Made by a program: the position numbers and the translations under genes
Shown: one piece after another, positions 17,097 through 26,912 of the stretch
Layout of the letters: each line of letters begins with the position of its first letter
Numbering within the stretch: the first letter of the stretch is position 1
DNA from: Candidatus Iainarchaeum sp.
Lineage (GTDB): Archaea; Iainarchaeota; Iainarchaeia; Iainarchaeales; VGJJ01
DNA length: 29,950 nt
Direction of reading: 5' to 3'
Assembly (NCBI GenBank): GCA_043803765.1
Contig: JAZDJQ010000005.1
Coordinates: forward strand, 1-29,950
The notes under the pieces: model-generated
The model's input: only the letters and a program-made list of their open reading frames with translations
Database searches by the model: none
Told to the model about the DNA's origin: nothing

Positions 17097-17621
17097 TCAG
17101 TATAATCCTAGAACCGATTTAATTGCATTCACCAAATTAGTAAGAAACACCATGATGTCCGCGATAAGCGTTGTGAGTGTCGCACTCGAGTCAACTCCTT
17201 GGTATTTTAGTTTTCCTTGATTAACGGCTTGAACGAATGCTCCTGCTTGGTCTTCCGAATTGGCAATCGTGTGAATGGTTTCTTCATCCGTCCAAACTTT
17301 GAGTGTGGGATCGGTTGGGGGATACCTCGTGAGGGATTGAATGGTATTATCTACCGTGATTATTCCCAGCTTCTCGATGCTTCCTCCCATGAGTTTTAAT
17401 TCCACATGAATGCGCTGGTTCCCGAATAAGGATTGTACCGGGAGAGGGAGTTTTTTGAACTCGCTTGTAGCCAATGCGATTTCCTCCGATAACGCGGGGT
17501 TAAGGTTCCCGTTTTCTAGGAAAACAGTATCGAGTAATGGAGCAATAGTGGACTCTTGGGCGTACGCATGAATGGAAAATAGAAAAAAGGTTAATCCTGC
17601 AAGTAGAATAATGGTTCGCAT
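17097..17621 (-). CDS. Exported protein with signal peptide, possible SCP2-like fold
   Basis: Signal peptide ending AYA|Q; PTLKVWTDEETI...AF..A...GKLKYQG; hydrophobic C-terminus. Confidence 0.55.
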   Translation of the reverse strand: MRTIILLAGLTFFLFSIHAYAQESTIAPLLDTVFLENGNLNPALSEEIALATSEFKKLPLPVQSLFGNQRIHVELKLMGGSIEKLGIITVDNTIQSLTRYPPTDPTLKVWTDEETIHTIANSEDQAGAFVQAVNQGKLKYQGVDSSATLTTLIADIMVFLTNLVNAIKSVLGLY

Positions 17622-17696
17622 TCCTTTTCTAAAACATTCTTTGTTTTAAATGGCTTCCTTTTGCAGTCTCCAAAAAAGAAAAAAAATAGTAGTACG

Positions 17697-20600
17697 CTAA
17701 TGGTTATTTTTAGGATACGTTCGAGTAATGGACTGCTGTTCTTCTAATATCCTATCAAATGCTTTCAAAAAATCCGTGGACTGGTCTTCTTCGATACGAC
17801 AGCCTGCCGCGATACGGTGACCGCCTCCCTCTGCTGTTTTTCCCAATGATTTGCACGTCTCTTTGAGTGCGGCTCCCAGATTCACTCCATTTCGTACGAG
17901 TTCACTTGTAGCCCGGGCACTCACTTTAATGCTTCCATCTTCATGTCGTGAAAAAGCAACAATGGGTTTGTTTGTTTGTACTCCTCCGCTTCCATATAAC
18001 ATTCCGGCTACTATTCCCACAATGGAATCCTTGATGCGCGTTCCTGCGTCAAAGAAATAGAAGTTTGGGTGCTCATCAAGCCCTTCTGTTTGCATTAAGT
18101 GAATTCCTTCCGCTAAATTTCGTCGATGTTCTCGTAATAATGCAAGAGCGCGTTCATAATACTCTAATCGGTCTCCCGTGCATACGTGAAAGCCTATTTC
18201 GCTTGCACCGTTGCGCCCGCAGTTATGTACAACTATTCCGTTCGCGATGTAATTGTGATTTCTCTCCACAGTAATATCATAAACAAAATCTGGCTTATTT
18301 TGGATTTGGTGAATATCTTTTACTTTATCCCAATAAATATCAGAATCAACAAATTGTTGAAGATCATTAATGATTCGATTAGATTCAGTCACTAACTTAG
18401 TATATGCGATAAAGCCTTTTTCGATTTTTTTCTGAGCATTTTTTCCAGGAATTCTTCCTTTTTCTATTTTAATCAACCAAGCAGGAGATATTCCACAGGA
18501 CTTCGCAATCTTTATCCTACTAAAGCGAAGTGATCTTGGTAATTGCTGAAAATTCTTAGTTAGAATAGCTCGTTCACATTTTTTTACGCGTTCCATAAAA
18601 TAATCCAAGTACTTTCTCACACTTTCGATACTTGGTTGTTTCCCTTTTTGGTAATAAGTAAAATGTGCTGCCCATGCAGAAGGAACCCCTAGCAATTCCC
18701 AAAGTCTAATTATTTTTTCGCGTACCGGCAAGAAAAGTTCACGTGAATTAATCGGGTTCATTTTTTCCGTTCTTGAAAGCAATAAATCGTTTATTTCTTT
18801 CAATGAAAATCCGATTTCTTTTACAAAAGTCTGAATGTTTATTTTTCCACAAATCAACAACCGATACTTATTGCCAGTGCAATCACTGCATTTTCGATGG
18901 GTAACATGTGAAATTATTCCAAATCGTTGCAAGAGATATACCATTTGGTTTATCATCTTTTCAGAATGCGTTGCAAATTCAATACCGCCGCTGTAAATAT
19001 TTCCATCACTCGAAAACAACCCGCGCAACATGCCTGCCACGACAGACTTTTCTGCTTCTAATAAAAGGGGATTAAAACACACAACGGACGACTTATTGCC
19101 TTTAGGAATTCCCATTCGTTGGATAAATGTTGAAAAAGTCGTGCTGTGCCAAAAGGCATTAAAACAATTAGAATGGTCTGTAGAATAGTAACCTTTTATC
19201 TGGAATTTTTCTGAAAATATCTTTTTGATTTGTTCAAATGAAAAGAGATCTCGTGGTTTTTTTGAAAATGCGATATCGACCCCGGAGTTGTTTTTTTTAA
19301 CATGACCGTCTCCTGCGATATAACCAATAAGAAAACCTAAATCATTGTCAAAAGAAGGAATTTTCATAAATTTTCGGGAATTTGGAACACGAACCGTTCC
19401 ATTTACTATGGCAAACTCATCTTTTTCAAAAAAATCCCAAAACTGCATTCTTCTAGAAACATCTGGAATTACTTTTGAAATGGCAACAAAATCGTTTTTT
19501 TTCAAGCTTTCAGCAGAAACCCATTTGATGTTTCCACTTGATAATGACATTATTTCGTGATTTTGCGTCACTGAAACGTTCCTACCTGTCTTAGTAGTAA
19601 TCTGAAAAATGTTCATTCCTTTAGGCAAAGGGATTTCGTGTTTTGCCACAACTCTATCAGGAATTATTTTACCATTCTCCACAGAAAAAACGCGTTCGTT
19701 TTCAATTTCTTGAATTTCACTTGGCTTTCCATTTAGATAAACTTCTGTCCCATGAACAACACATGCATTGAGCACCGTCGAAAATTCTTTTGCATCACGC
19801 AAAGGGGATTTTTTTTCCTCGTGAAGGAGCGTGTACACGTCTCCTATCATTTCGTTCATTTTCCATTCAGGGGTGTTGTGCTCGTGGAGATGCATAAGCA
19901 ATCCTGTTGAGAGTACCTTTTTTTCATTCATCGGCAAATCTTCGTATGCACGCCAATTCCCATTATTGTCTTTCAAATCGATTCCCAGTCCTTCCAGAAA
20001 ACGTGCACAATTATCAGGATTGGCAGTTAGTTCTGGCAACACGGGGCTCGTTGAAAAGGTAAGATATTGGATGAGGGGCCGGGAAATCCTTCCATATAAT
20101 CGTAAATCCGTTTTCACATCCAATACGCCAGCTTCTTTCCCCTGTTTGATAACATCCCGATTTAGTCCAACAAGACCATTTCCCCGCGAGTCCTGCATAT
20201 CTCCTACTGCTCCCACGATTCCTAATGCGGCCAAATCCTTATTTCGGGTTGACATTTCTTTTGCCACAAAATAGGCGATTCCTGCGCTGGATAATTCGAC
20301 TCCTCCATTCAGTCCAAATTCCATCGGATTAATGTGTCCCTCATTTACTCCATCGCCTCGTTGATGGTGGTCGATTATAAAAAAGGGGTTGGATAATTCT
20401 TTTTGTAATAGTGTAATGTAGCTTGAACCGAAGTCGGTGAAGATGATGCTGGCATCCATTTTTTTCAATCGTTCTACATCATCCGAATACAATTGTTTTA
20501 GTGTTATCGTGTGCACGGGAATGTTTTCTCGCTGCAACGCTTTCGTAATAATTCCTCCTGACGTAAGTCCATCGCAGTCATGATGCGTGCATACCACTGC

Positions 20601-20699
20601 CTTTTCCAGCTTCCGGATAGACTCGGCAGCGGATTGGATGCGTTCAAAGAATGCTTTAATCGCTTCGGGTCGTTCCTCGGGGGATACGATTTCGTTCAT
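17697..20699 (-). CDS. Archaeal DHH/DHHA1 nuclease (RecJ/Cdc45-like) precursor containing an intein
   Basis: HHDCDG, DFG, IIDHH, GAVGDMQD, GIVAG, SAR, GGGHRIAAG; about 486 aa after splicing. Confidence 0.9.
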   Translation of the reverse strand: MNEIVSPEERPEAIKAFFERIQSAAESIRKLEKAVVCTHHDCDGLTSGGIITKALQRENIPVHTITLKQLYSDDVERLKKMDASIIFTDFGSSYITLLQKELSNPFFIIDHHQRGDGVNEGHINPMEFGLNGGVELSSAGIAYFVAKEMSTRNKDLAALGIVGAVGDMQDSRGNGLVGLNRDVIKQGKEAGVLDVKTDLRLYGRISRPLIQYLTFSTSPVLPELTANPDNCARFLEGLGIDLKDNNGNWRAYEDLPMNEKKVLSTGLLMHLHEHNTPEWKMNEMIGDVYTLLHEEKKSPLRDAKEFSTVLNACVVHGTEVYLNGKPSEIQEIENERVFSVENGKIIPDRVVAKHEIPLPKGMNIFQITTKTGRNVSVTQNHEIMSLSSGNIKWVSAESLKKNDFVAISKVIPDVSRRMQFWDFFEKDEFAIVNGTVRVPNSRKFMKIPSFDNDLGFLIGYIAGDGHVKKNNSGVDIAFSKKPRDLFSFEQIKKIFSEKFQIKGYYSTDHSNCFNAFWHSTTFSTFIQRMGIPKGNKSSVVCFNPLLLEAEKSVVAGMLRGLFSSDGNIYSGGIEFATHSEKMINQMVYLLQRFGIISHVTHRKCSDCTGNKYRLLICGKINIQTFVKEIGFSLKEINDLLLSRTEKMNPINSRELFLPVREKIIRLWELLGVPSAWAAHFTYYQKGKQPSIESVRKYLDYFMERVKKCERAILTKNFQQLPRSLRFSRIKIAKSCGISPAWLIKIEKGRIPGKNAQKKIEKGFIAYTKLVTESNRIINDLQQFVDSDIYWDKVKDIHQIQNKPDFVYDITVERNHNYIANGIVVHNCGRNGASEIGFHVCTGDRLEYYERALALLREHRRNLAEGIHLMQTEGLDEHPNFYFFDAGTRIKDSIVGIVAGMLYGSGGVQTNKPIVAFSRHEDGSIKVSARATSELVRNGVNLGAALKETCKSLGKTAEGGGHRIAAGCRIEEDQSTDFLKAFDRILEEQQSITRTYPKNNH
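18222..19763 (-). mobile_element. Intein (514 aa) with LAGLIDADG homing endonuclease
   Basis: Begins C(VVHGT) after LNA. Block B VTQNH; LIGYIAGDG and LRGLFSSDG motifs; ends VYDITV..NHNYIANGIVVHN followed by C+1. Confidence 0.95.
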
Positions 20700-20819
20700 T
20701 CATGAAAAAGGATTCCTTTCCTTTTAACGATTGGGAAGGGAGAACGCCGTTGGGGGAAGACTTCTTAATGAAACGGAGAAATGGGAACCTGTCTGATAAA
20801 AAAAACGGGCGAAGCTACT

Positions 20820-21803
20820 TTAGAAAAAATTAGTAGCTCTTTTGATCAGCTTCGAAACCACGATCTGTGGATATTTGTCCAAACCGTCACGCAGCGAGAA
20901 CATTTTTTCTTCACTTACCCTGTCCAATACTTTGCCAAAATATTCGGCATCACTAACTCCCAGCCGATCCAACACAAACCCCAAATTTTTATAATGCGAC
21001 ATTTTGTCCAACATTTCCCCTATACGATGGGGTGATTCCATCGTATCCAGCAAATGACCCAAAAGGACAGGGGATTTCATTTCATCCAATACCCCGCCCA
21101 GAAGATGGGGAAAATTCATCTGGTCTAACACTATACCCAAACGACTAGGATACGCCATCGAATCAACTAATATAGTTAAACGATAGGGGTTGGACATATT
21201 TTCTAGTACTACACAAAAACGGGACGGATAACTCATACTATCCAGTAATTTAGTTGTCTGATGCGATGAACGTCTCTTATCGAATAAGGGTGCCAAAAGA
21301 ACAGAGTCACTTATTTTTCCCATCACCTCTACTAAATGGGAAGGATGGTGCATCTGGGAAAGTGAATCACCTATATTGTAAGAACTTTCCGTGTGATACA
21401 ATAAATCAGCAAACTTCTTGGGGTATTTCGCTACCCCCTCCATCCACTCGACAACTGTCTTCGGATGGGCTTTTTCAAACGACCGAAGAAAGTGATAATA
21501 TTTCATCAAGAGAGATGAATACCCTTGCCTCTTGCTATACTTTACTAAGTACAGCAACAATGGTGCCTGCCACCTCTTTCTTCCTCGCAAAAAAGGGAAC
21601 TGCTTCTCCATGGACAACACCAACTCATGAGTGTTCACAGCACGTTGGGTTCGTTGGCGACGAACCATCAACTTGCCCCCTGCCGTCCGAACATCCTCAA
21701 GCGCGAGATTATGGGGAATCGTTTTCGCCCGGCGCATCAATCGAACTGAAGCGGGCGGAGGCCGGGAAGACACTCCCCTAACTCTCATGGATGAACGAGC
21801 CAT
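20820..21803 (-). CDS. Hypothetical protein with basic N-terminus and 13-aa tandem helical repeats
   Basis: Start reassigned to MARSS at 21803 (TATATATA about 25 nt upstream); repeats MxxPxxLGxVLDx. Confidence 0.75.
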   Translation of the reverse strand: MARSSMRVRGVSSRPPPASVRLMRRAKTIPHNLALEDVRTAGGKLMVRRQRTQRAVNTHELVLSMEKQFPFLRGRKRWQAPLLLYLVKYSKRQGYSSLLMKYYHFLRSFEKAHPKTVVEWMEGVAKYPKKFADLLYHTESSYNIGDSLSQMHHPSHLVEVMGKISDSVLLAPLFDKRRSSHQTTKLLDSMSYPSRFCVVLENMSNPYRLTILVDSMAYPSRLGIVLDQMNFPHLLGGVLDEMKSPVLLGHLLDTMESPHRIGEMLDKMSHYKNLGFVLDRLGVSDAEYFGKVLDRVSEEKMFSLRDGLDKYPQIVVSKLIKRATNFF

Positions 21804-21992
21804 ACTGTTAGGTAAAATAATGAAATATATATAGTTTTTGATAGTAGGAGGAATTCTTACGGAACCGCTGAAAAGGGTGGTTGCCATGCGCTATACCCGT
21901 CATATTTTTTTTCATGCTTGCGGGAGGGAGAATAGCCCCATTTCTTAGGCGGGTCGTTGGGTTTTATATGCGGGGAGTTTTTCCTTCTTTTC

Positions 21993-22682
21993 ATGACATG
22001 GGGTCGGAATCTTTTCCTAGTGATCGTTTTTTCCCTGATTCTTACGACGGGGTTATTTCTCATGCTCAATCCTACTTCAACGGGCGGAGATGAAAGCCTG
22101 AATCAGAGTCCGGTGCTCTACTTTGTATTAGTTGTATTAGTGTTGGGCATTGGTGCTTTTCTCTCTTTCAAAAAAGAAGAAAATGCCAATCCTCCTTTTA
22201 ATTTTTGGCTTTTTGTCTGCATTACCTTTTCCGGTTTGATGATAGGGGGAATCATGCATGAGCTTACGCATGTGGCGCTCATTCAGCATCCTACTCAATT
22301 CCGTGTTCATTTTGGTGATAGTAGTGCTATTTTCTCCACGTGTTGTTTGAATCCAGGAGAATACCATTATGAGGAAATAGCCTATGCGATTCAATTCATT
22401 GTGATGGCGTTATGGATATTTTTCTTCAGGGGATACTTCTATTCTTCTCTTCCTCCTTCCAAGAAAAAAATTAATCTCAAAACAAAAAAAAGTAATCCTG
22501 TTTCTTCTAAAAAAATGTCCATTTCTTCTCTTGATGAGGGAGAACAAATGGATGTGGAATGGGAGAAAGCAAAGTCCGAAATACTAAATGCTGGAAAGAA
22601 AGGAAAGAAACAGAAGGAGAATGACGCTCTCACGATGGAATGGAATAATCTGGAGAGATTGAAGGCTCCGAAGCGGGGCTGA
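21993..22682 (+). CDS. Membrane protein with HExxH (putative zinc metallopeptidase)
   Basis: Start ATG 21993 with TTTTATAT at 21962; about four TM segments; GGIMHELTHV then EEIAY. Confidence 0.6.
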   Translation: MTWGRNLFLVIVFSLILTTGLFLMLNPTSTGGDESLNQSPVLYFVLVVLVLGIGAFLSFKKEENANPPFNFWLFVCITFSGLMIGGIMHELTHVALIQHPTQFRVHFGDSSAIFSTCCLNPGEYHYEEIAYAIQFIVMALWIFFFRGYFYSSLPPSKKKINLKTKKSNPVSSKKMSISSLDEGEQMDVEWEKAKSEILNAGKKGKKQKENDALTMEWNNLERLKAPKRG

Positions 22683-25002
22683 ATCCTATCGTTTTTCCAT
22701 TCTGTCTTAGTCCAATGACCGAGCTGTTGATCTTGTTTTTGGTCACTCCTACGATTTGGTCGGCCACTTTTACTACCTGGTCATTATGCGTGATGGAGAT
22801 AAATTGAGAAGACTTGCTCATTTCCTTGATCAATAATCCCACTTTGTTGGAATTGGTCATGTCTAACGCCGCATCTACTTCGTCGAAGAAATAGAATGGC
22901 GCCGGTTCGTATAATTGGATGGCAAATATGAATGCGAGCGAGGTGAGTGATTTTTCTCCCCCGGACATGGAGTCAATATTCTTGAGTGATTTTTCGAGTC
23001 CGTGCCGTGCTTCGATAAGCAGTCCTGATTCGAGTGGTTTTTCAGGATTGGATACTTGCAGTCGTGCTTCTCCGTCAAAAAATCCGGTATAGAGTTTGTT
23101 AAAGTTCTTATTAATCGCATTGAACGTTTCCATGAATGCTTCCGTTCGTTTAACGTCAATTCCTTGTATTAAATCGAGTACGGCTAATCGTTCTTCGTCT
23201 AATGTATTGGCTTTCTCTCGTATTTCCATAACATCTTTTTCGTATTGTCCAAAGTCTTCGAGTGATTTTAGGTTGACGGTTCCGATTTGCTTAATCTGGT
23301 GTTCAAGTACGGGAATGTTTTTTCGCAATGCCACAATATCTCCGTTGTCGAGCGTTGGAACTTCCGTGTAGTGGACCAATTCTTCTTTTACATCTTGTAA
23401 TCGCGTATCGTATTTTGATTGTTCGATTCTTACTTCGGATAGTTGTCCTTCTAGTCGGAATGATTTTTCCTGCCATGCTCTTTCTTTTTCTCTTTCTACT
23501 ATTAGTTTTTGCTGTACTTTTTCTCTTTTATCCAACCATTCCTTGTTATGTGTTAGAAATTCTTTGTATTTTTTCTCCGATTGAGTGAATGTTTTCCCTA
23601 TTTCTTTTTGTTTTTCCTCTAATACGTTGAGCGTGGATTCTATTTCTTTTTCTTCTTTCACGATTCGTTCCCATTGGATTCGTCCTTTTTTGGTATGGGA
23701 TAATATTGCTTCGATTCGGTGTAATTCGTTTTGTTCTTTGCTGAACCGTTCTCTTTCTCCTGTTAATCGTTCCACGTTCTTTTGTGCACTTGCATGCGCT
23801 TTTTTCTTTTCTTCGATTATTTTTGTTTGATGTTTGGCGTCGATTGTTCTTTCGCATACAGGGCATGTTCCTTTTACTTTGCTTAATCGTTCGATTGCTT
23901 GTGCATGCGCATAGGTTTGTCCTCGGTGTTCGGCTAGTTCGTTTTCAATCATTCTGATTTTTTCGTGCAGTGTCTTTCCCTCTTCGGTAATGTTATCGTG
24001 CTGTTGAATCATGTTCTCGTGTTCTTTCATTTCTTTCTCTAGTTCTTCTTTTAGTTGCCGAATCTCGGCCAGTCTTTTTTCCGCGTCTTTTTTTCTTTCT
24101 TGGTTCACGCGTACGTCGGCGCGATGCGTTTCAAGTGTTTTTCCTATTCCTTCCCCTCGTGTTTGTACACTCGTTCCTAATACTTTTTCGTCGAATTCTT
24201 TGAATTGATTTTCTAATTCTACGATGCTCTTTCGTGAATCGTTTTGTTTCCCCATGGCTTCTTCTTTTTTCTCTATGATATCCACTTGTCTTGCCAGTAA
24301 TTTTTCTAATTTTTCATTCAAATCTTTTGATTCGATGTGCAAAACGGTTGCTTTTGTTTGCTGTAATTCCTTCTCGATTGTTTTGAATTTTTTGGCCAGT
24401 TCTCTTTCTCTTGCAAGTTGTTCGATGATGGCCATTCTTTCATTCAATACAATATGAACGTCCTTGATTTTCCGGTCCACTTTTTCTAAATCTTTGAGTG
24501 CTTCTCCTTTTTTTTCTTCAAACTCTTGTAATCCTGCCACTTCATCAATGAGTTGTCTTCTTTCGATCGGGTTCATATCAATAATACGAAGCAGGTCTCC
24601 TTGCGAAACGAGATTATGTCCGTCTACGCGCAATCCTAATTCTCCTAAAAGATTTTGTATCTCTCCTAATGTGACTCGTTTTTCATTAAGACGATACACG
24701 GATTTTCCTGTTTTATCCACGGTGCGGGAAATATCATATTGTTTGTCATGATCCTGCAGTGTGAGCGTTACTACGGCGTAGTTTTCTCCTGTCGCCGCTC
24801 CCGTGTTGACCAGTTCCGTTAAGCGTGATGCTCGAAGTGATTTGAGGGATGTTTCTCCTAATGCGAACAATACCGCATCCATGATATTGCTTTTTCCGCT
24901 CCCATTTGCTCCTGCAATCGCAGTAAACCCTTCTGCGAATGGAATCGTTACTTGTTTGAATGACTTGAAGTTTTTCATTCGTATTTTTTTTAGTTGAAGC
25001 AT
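22630..25002 (-). CDS. SMC-family ATPase, short arms, CXXC hook instead of hinge
   Basis: NFKSF, Walker A GANGSGKSN, Q-loop VSQG, MSGGEK, FFDEVDAALD, ITH; central CPVC at aa 380-383. Confidence 0.9.
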   Translation of the reverse strand: MLQLKKIRMKNFKSFKQVTIPFAEGFTAIAGANGSGKSNIMDAVLFALGETSLKSLRASRLTELVNTGAATGENYAVVTLTLQDHDKQYDISRTVDKTGKSVYRLNEKRVTLGEIQNLLGELGLRVDGHNLVSQGDLLRIIDMNPIERRQLIDEVAGLQEFEEKKGEALKDLEKVDRKIKDVHIVLNERMAIIEQLARERELAKKFKTIEKELQQTKATVLHIESKDLNEKLEKLLARQVDIIEKKEEAMGKQNDSRKSIVELENQFKEFDEKVLGTSVQTRGEGIGKTLETHRADVRVNQERKKDAEKRLAEIRQLKEELEKEMKEHENMIQQHDNITEEGKTLHEKIRMIENELAEHRGQTYAHAQAIERLSKVKGTCPVCERTIDAKHQTKIIEEKKKAHASAQKNVERLTGERERFSKEQNELHRIEAILSHTKKGRIQWERIVKEEKEIESTLNVLEEKQKEIGKTFTQSEKKYKEFLTHNKEWLDKREKVQQKLIVEREKERAWQEKSFRLEGQLSEVRIEQSKYDTRLQDVKEELVHYTEVPTLDNGDIVALRKNIPVLEHQIKQIGTVNLKSLEDFGQYEKDVMEIREKANTLDEERLAVLDLIQGIDVKRTEAFMETFNAINKNFNKLYTGFFDGEARLQVSNPEKPLESGLLIEARHGLEKSLKNIDSMSGGEKSLTSLAFIFAIQLYEPAPFYFFDEVDAALDMTNSNKVGLLIKEMSKSSQFISITHNDQVVKVADQIVGVTKNKINSSVIGLRQNGKTIGFSPASEPSISPDYSIPS

Positions 25003-25017
25003 GATATCATCCCATCG

Positions 25018-25782
25018 TTATTTTGGCATGTGCTTCCGTTGCGGTATGGAAGTAAATTCTTTTTTTTCTGCGTGAATCGAAAGTCCTAATGTGGTGGCGC
25101 TGAACCATGTTGATATCCCCGCAAAGAGGGAAAAAAATGCTAAGGAAGCCCACTCGTTCTCAATAGTGAAGGGAAATAATTCAGGAATGGATAATACGAA
25201 TGTAGAGATGATGAGCAGCACGAGTATTAATATTATTACGGAGAAAAAATTTCCCGTGCTCATGTTCCATGATTGGGAAAGAGCATCTTTGAGTGTAATT
25301 CCTTTTCCCAGAAGAGAAGGAGTGAAAACGAATTTGGTGATAGCAAATAGAGAAACGACCACCATAATTCCAAACAACGCAAATGCAAACAGTTGAATAA
25401 TTCCACCTAATCCTGCGAGATACGCGATGAAAGCGTTCACGACGAAGAAGGCCGTGACTCCCACTAAAACAAATAGAGCGAGAAGAAAAGAAGATGGAAT
25501 AATCTCTCCAATGGTATGAGGGGTTGTTTTTCCAACATGGGAGGCAATCCACCCATAAATAAATGTGGTAAGCGTGAGATTAGCGAGAATGGCAAGAATA
25601 CCTATTATTCCATTCATGGAGAAAACATACGTCATCGCGGCAGAGGGATCCGTGAGGGGAACAATACTGTCTAGTAACACGAGGGATATTCCGCCTTGTA
25701 TGAATACGGTTAACCATGCAGCAATGAACAATCCCGGTTTTCGCATCATGGCGAAAGGGGCTGCGAATACGTGTGCGAGCAT
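25018..25782 (-). CDS. Multipass membrane protein
   Basis: About six hydrophobic segments; ALSQSWNMSTGNF pattern; 15 nt upstream of the SMC gene. Confidence 0.7.
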   Translation of the reverse strand: MLAHVFAAPFAMMRKPGLFIAAWLTVFIQGGISLVLLDSIVPLTDPSAAMTYVFSMNGIIGILAILANLTLTTFIYGWIASHVGKTTPHTIGEIIPSSFLLALFVLVGVTAFFVVNAFIAYLAGLGGIIQLFAFALFGIMVVVSLFAITKFVFTPSLLGKGITLKDALSQSWNMSTGNFFSVIILILVLLIISTFVLSIPELFPFTIENEWASLAFFSLFAGISTWFSATTLGLSIHAEKKEFTSIPQRKHMPK

Positions 25783-25938
25783 CCTAATTCCATCCTCCCC
25801 CGTGGGTTTCCCTACTCCGTATACGGCACGTTCGCCTCGTTTTTAATCCCACCCCTCTTTTCTCCCTTTTAGAGGCAACTCGTGCTTTTTTTCAAAAGGG
25901 GTTCGTTTTTAAGCGTTTTTGCGTCGCTTTGATATACG

Positions 25939-26220
25939 ATGAAAGTCCCCAAGTCGAAGAAAATATACTGTAAAAAGTGCAATGCTCACACTTCCCAGAA
26001 GCTTAAGCTCTTCAAGACGGGTCAGGCGCGTACTCTTTCTATTGGAACCCGCCGGAACGTTCGGAAGCACAAGCGGGGGTATGGGGGGAAGGCTAAATTT
26101 GTAATTAAGGTGAAGAAACAGACCAAGAAGCCTGTTTTCTTAGCCGAATGCCCTGCGTGTAAAACCAAGCGCTATTATGTTATTCCCAAACGGATGAAAA
26201 AGGTTGAATTAGCGGCTTGA
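25939..26220 (+). CDS. rpl44e: 50S ribosomal protein L44e (eL42)
   Basis: MKVPK...YCKKCNAHT, GYGG, KQTKK, ECPACK zinc ribbon; archaeal/eukaryotic family. Confidence 0.95.
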   Translation: MKVPKSKKIYCKKCNAHTSQKLKLFKTGQARTLSIGTRRNVRKHKRGYGGKAKFVIKVKKQTKKPVFLAECPACKTKRYYVIPKRMKKVELAA

Positions 26221-26271
26221 TGGTTCTATTTTTCACGCTATTTTTAATAAGCCGAGCCCCCCAATGTTTTC

Positions 26272-26448
26272 ATGCTTCGAAAAGCCCCTCTTGCCTTTAC
26301 ACCGGCGCAACGGAAGAAAGAATTGGAAGTATTATTCAGCGAAATCCGCGAGTCCAAAAAGGATCCTTCTTTTCGGAAGGCGCTTCGGGAGTTTATCGAA
26401 TTTCATACAGGAAAATCCGATCGTTTTTCGAGTTCAGCAAACGAATAG
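26272..26448 (+). CDS. Small 58-aa protein, candidate antitoxin partner of convergent PIN gene
   Basis: Below track cutoff: MLRKAPLAFTPAQRKKELEVLFSEIRESKKDPSFRKALREFIEFHTGKSDRFSSSANE; TTTTTAATAA about 25 nt upstream. Confidence 0.5.
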   Translation: MLRKAPLAFTPAQRKKELEVLFSEIRESKKDPSFRKALREFIEFHTGKSDRFSSSANE

Positions 26449-26912
26449 AAAAGAGGCGTTCTCAATCCGTTTTCCTGATTTACCTGGGCGTACGCACGAA
26501 GTGCGGGGGCGGAACCCATGGAATGCCGGTCTTCCGTGACGATCACGTCCAATCCATGGATACTCGCGCAGGCCACGATTAAAAAATCATTTACCAATTG
26601 CGCACGGGATATGCCTCCACGATAGCTCAACCCGTACTCCGTTGCAATTGAAGCAATCCGATCATTAGTCCTAAAGGTGCGGCTTTGAACCAACACGTCA
26701 TACAGACGGAGAAGATCTTGCCGAACATTCCGATTGCCTATTTTTCCCTTGGGGTGATTGCGCAATTCATTTCGAATAAGATCAAAACCGTACACTTGAA
26801 TATGTTCGGCCACACTCAATCGTTTGGCCAATTCCTGCTTTCCCTGTTCAATGAAAAAGCCGTAGACGTTGGTATCCAGTATTATTCGTTGAAAAGGGGA
26901 AGGATATTCCAT
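26403..26912 (-). CDS. PIN-domain (VapC-like) ribonuclease
   Basis: Start reassigned to MEYP at 26912; IILDTNV, E, NDFLIVACA, IVTED acidic tetrad. Confidence 0.85.
   Translation of the reverse strand: MEYPSPFQRIILDTNVYGFFIEQGKQELAKRLSVAEHIQVYGFDLIRNELRNHPKGKIGNRNVRQDLLRLYDVLVQSRTFRTNDRIASIATEYGLSYRGGISRAQLVNDFLIVACASIHGLDVIVTEDRHSMGSAPALRAYAQVNQENGLRTPLFYSFAELEKRSDFPV

Noticed and set aside
20920-21430. CRISPR array or DNA tandem repeat
   Set aside because: The periodicity is at protein level with no identical nucleotide repeats; no CRISPR array or cas gene was seen anywhere in the window.
22630-25002. Calling the gene rad50 or smc outright
   Set aside because: The features are mixed: SMC head, hook, no hinge and no adjacent mre11 or scpA.
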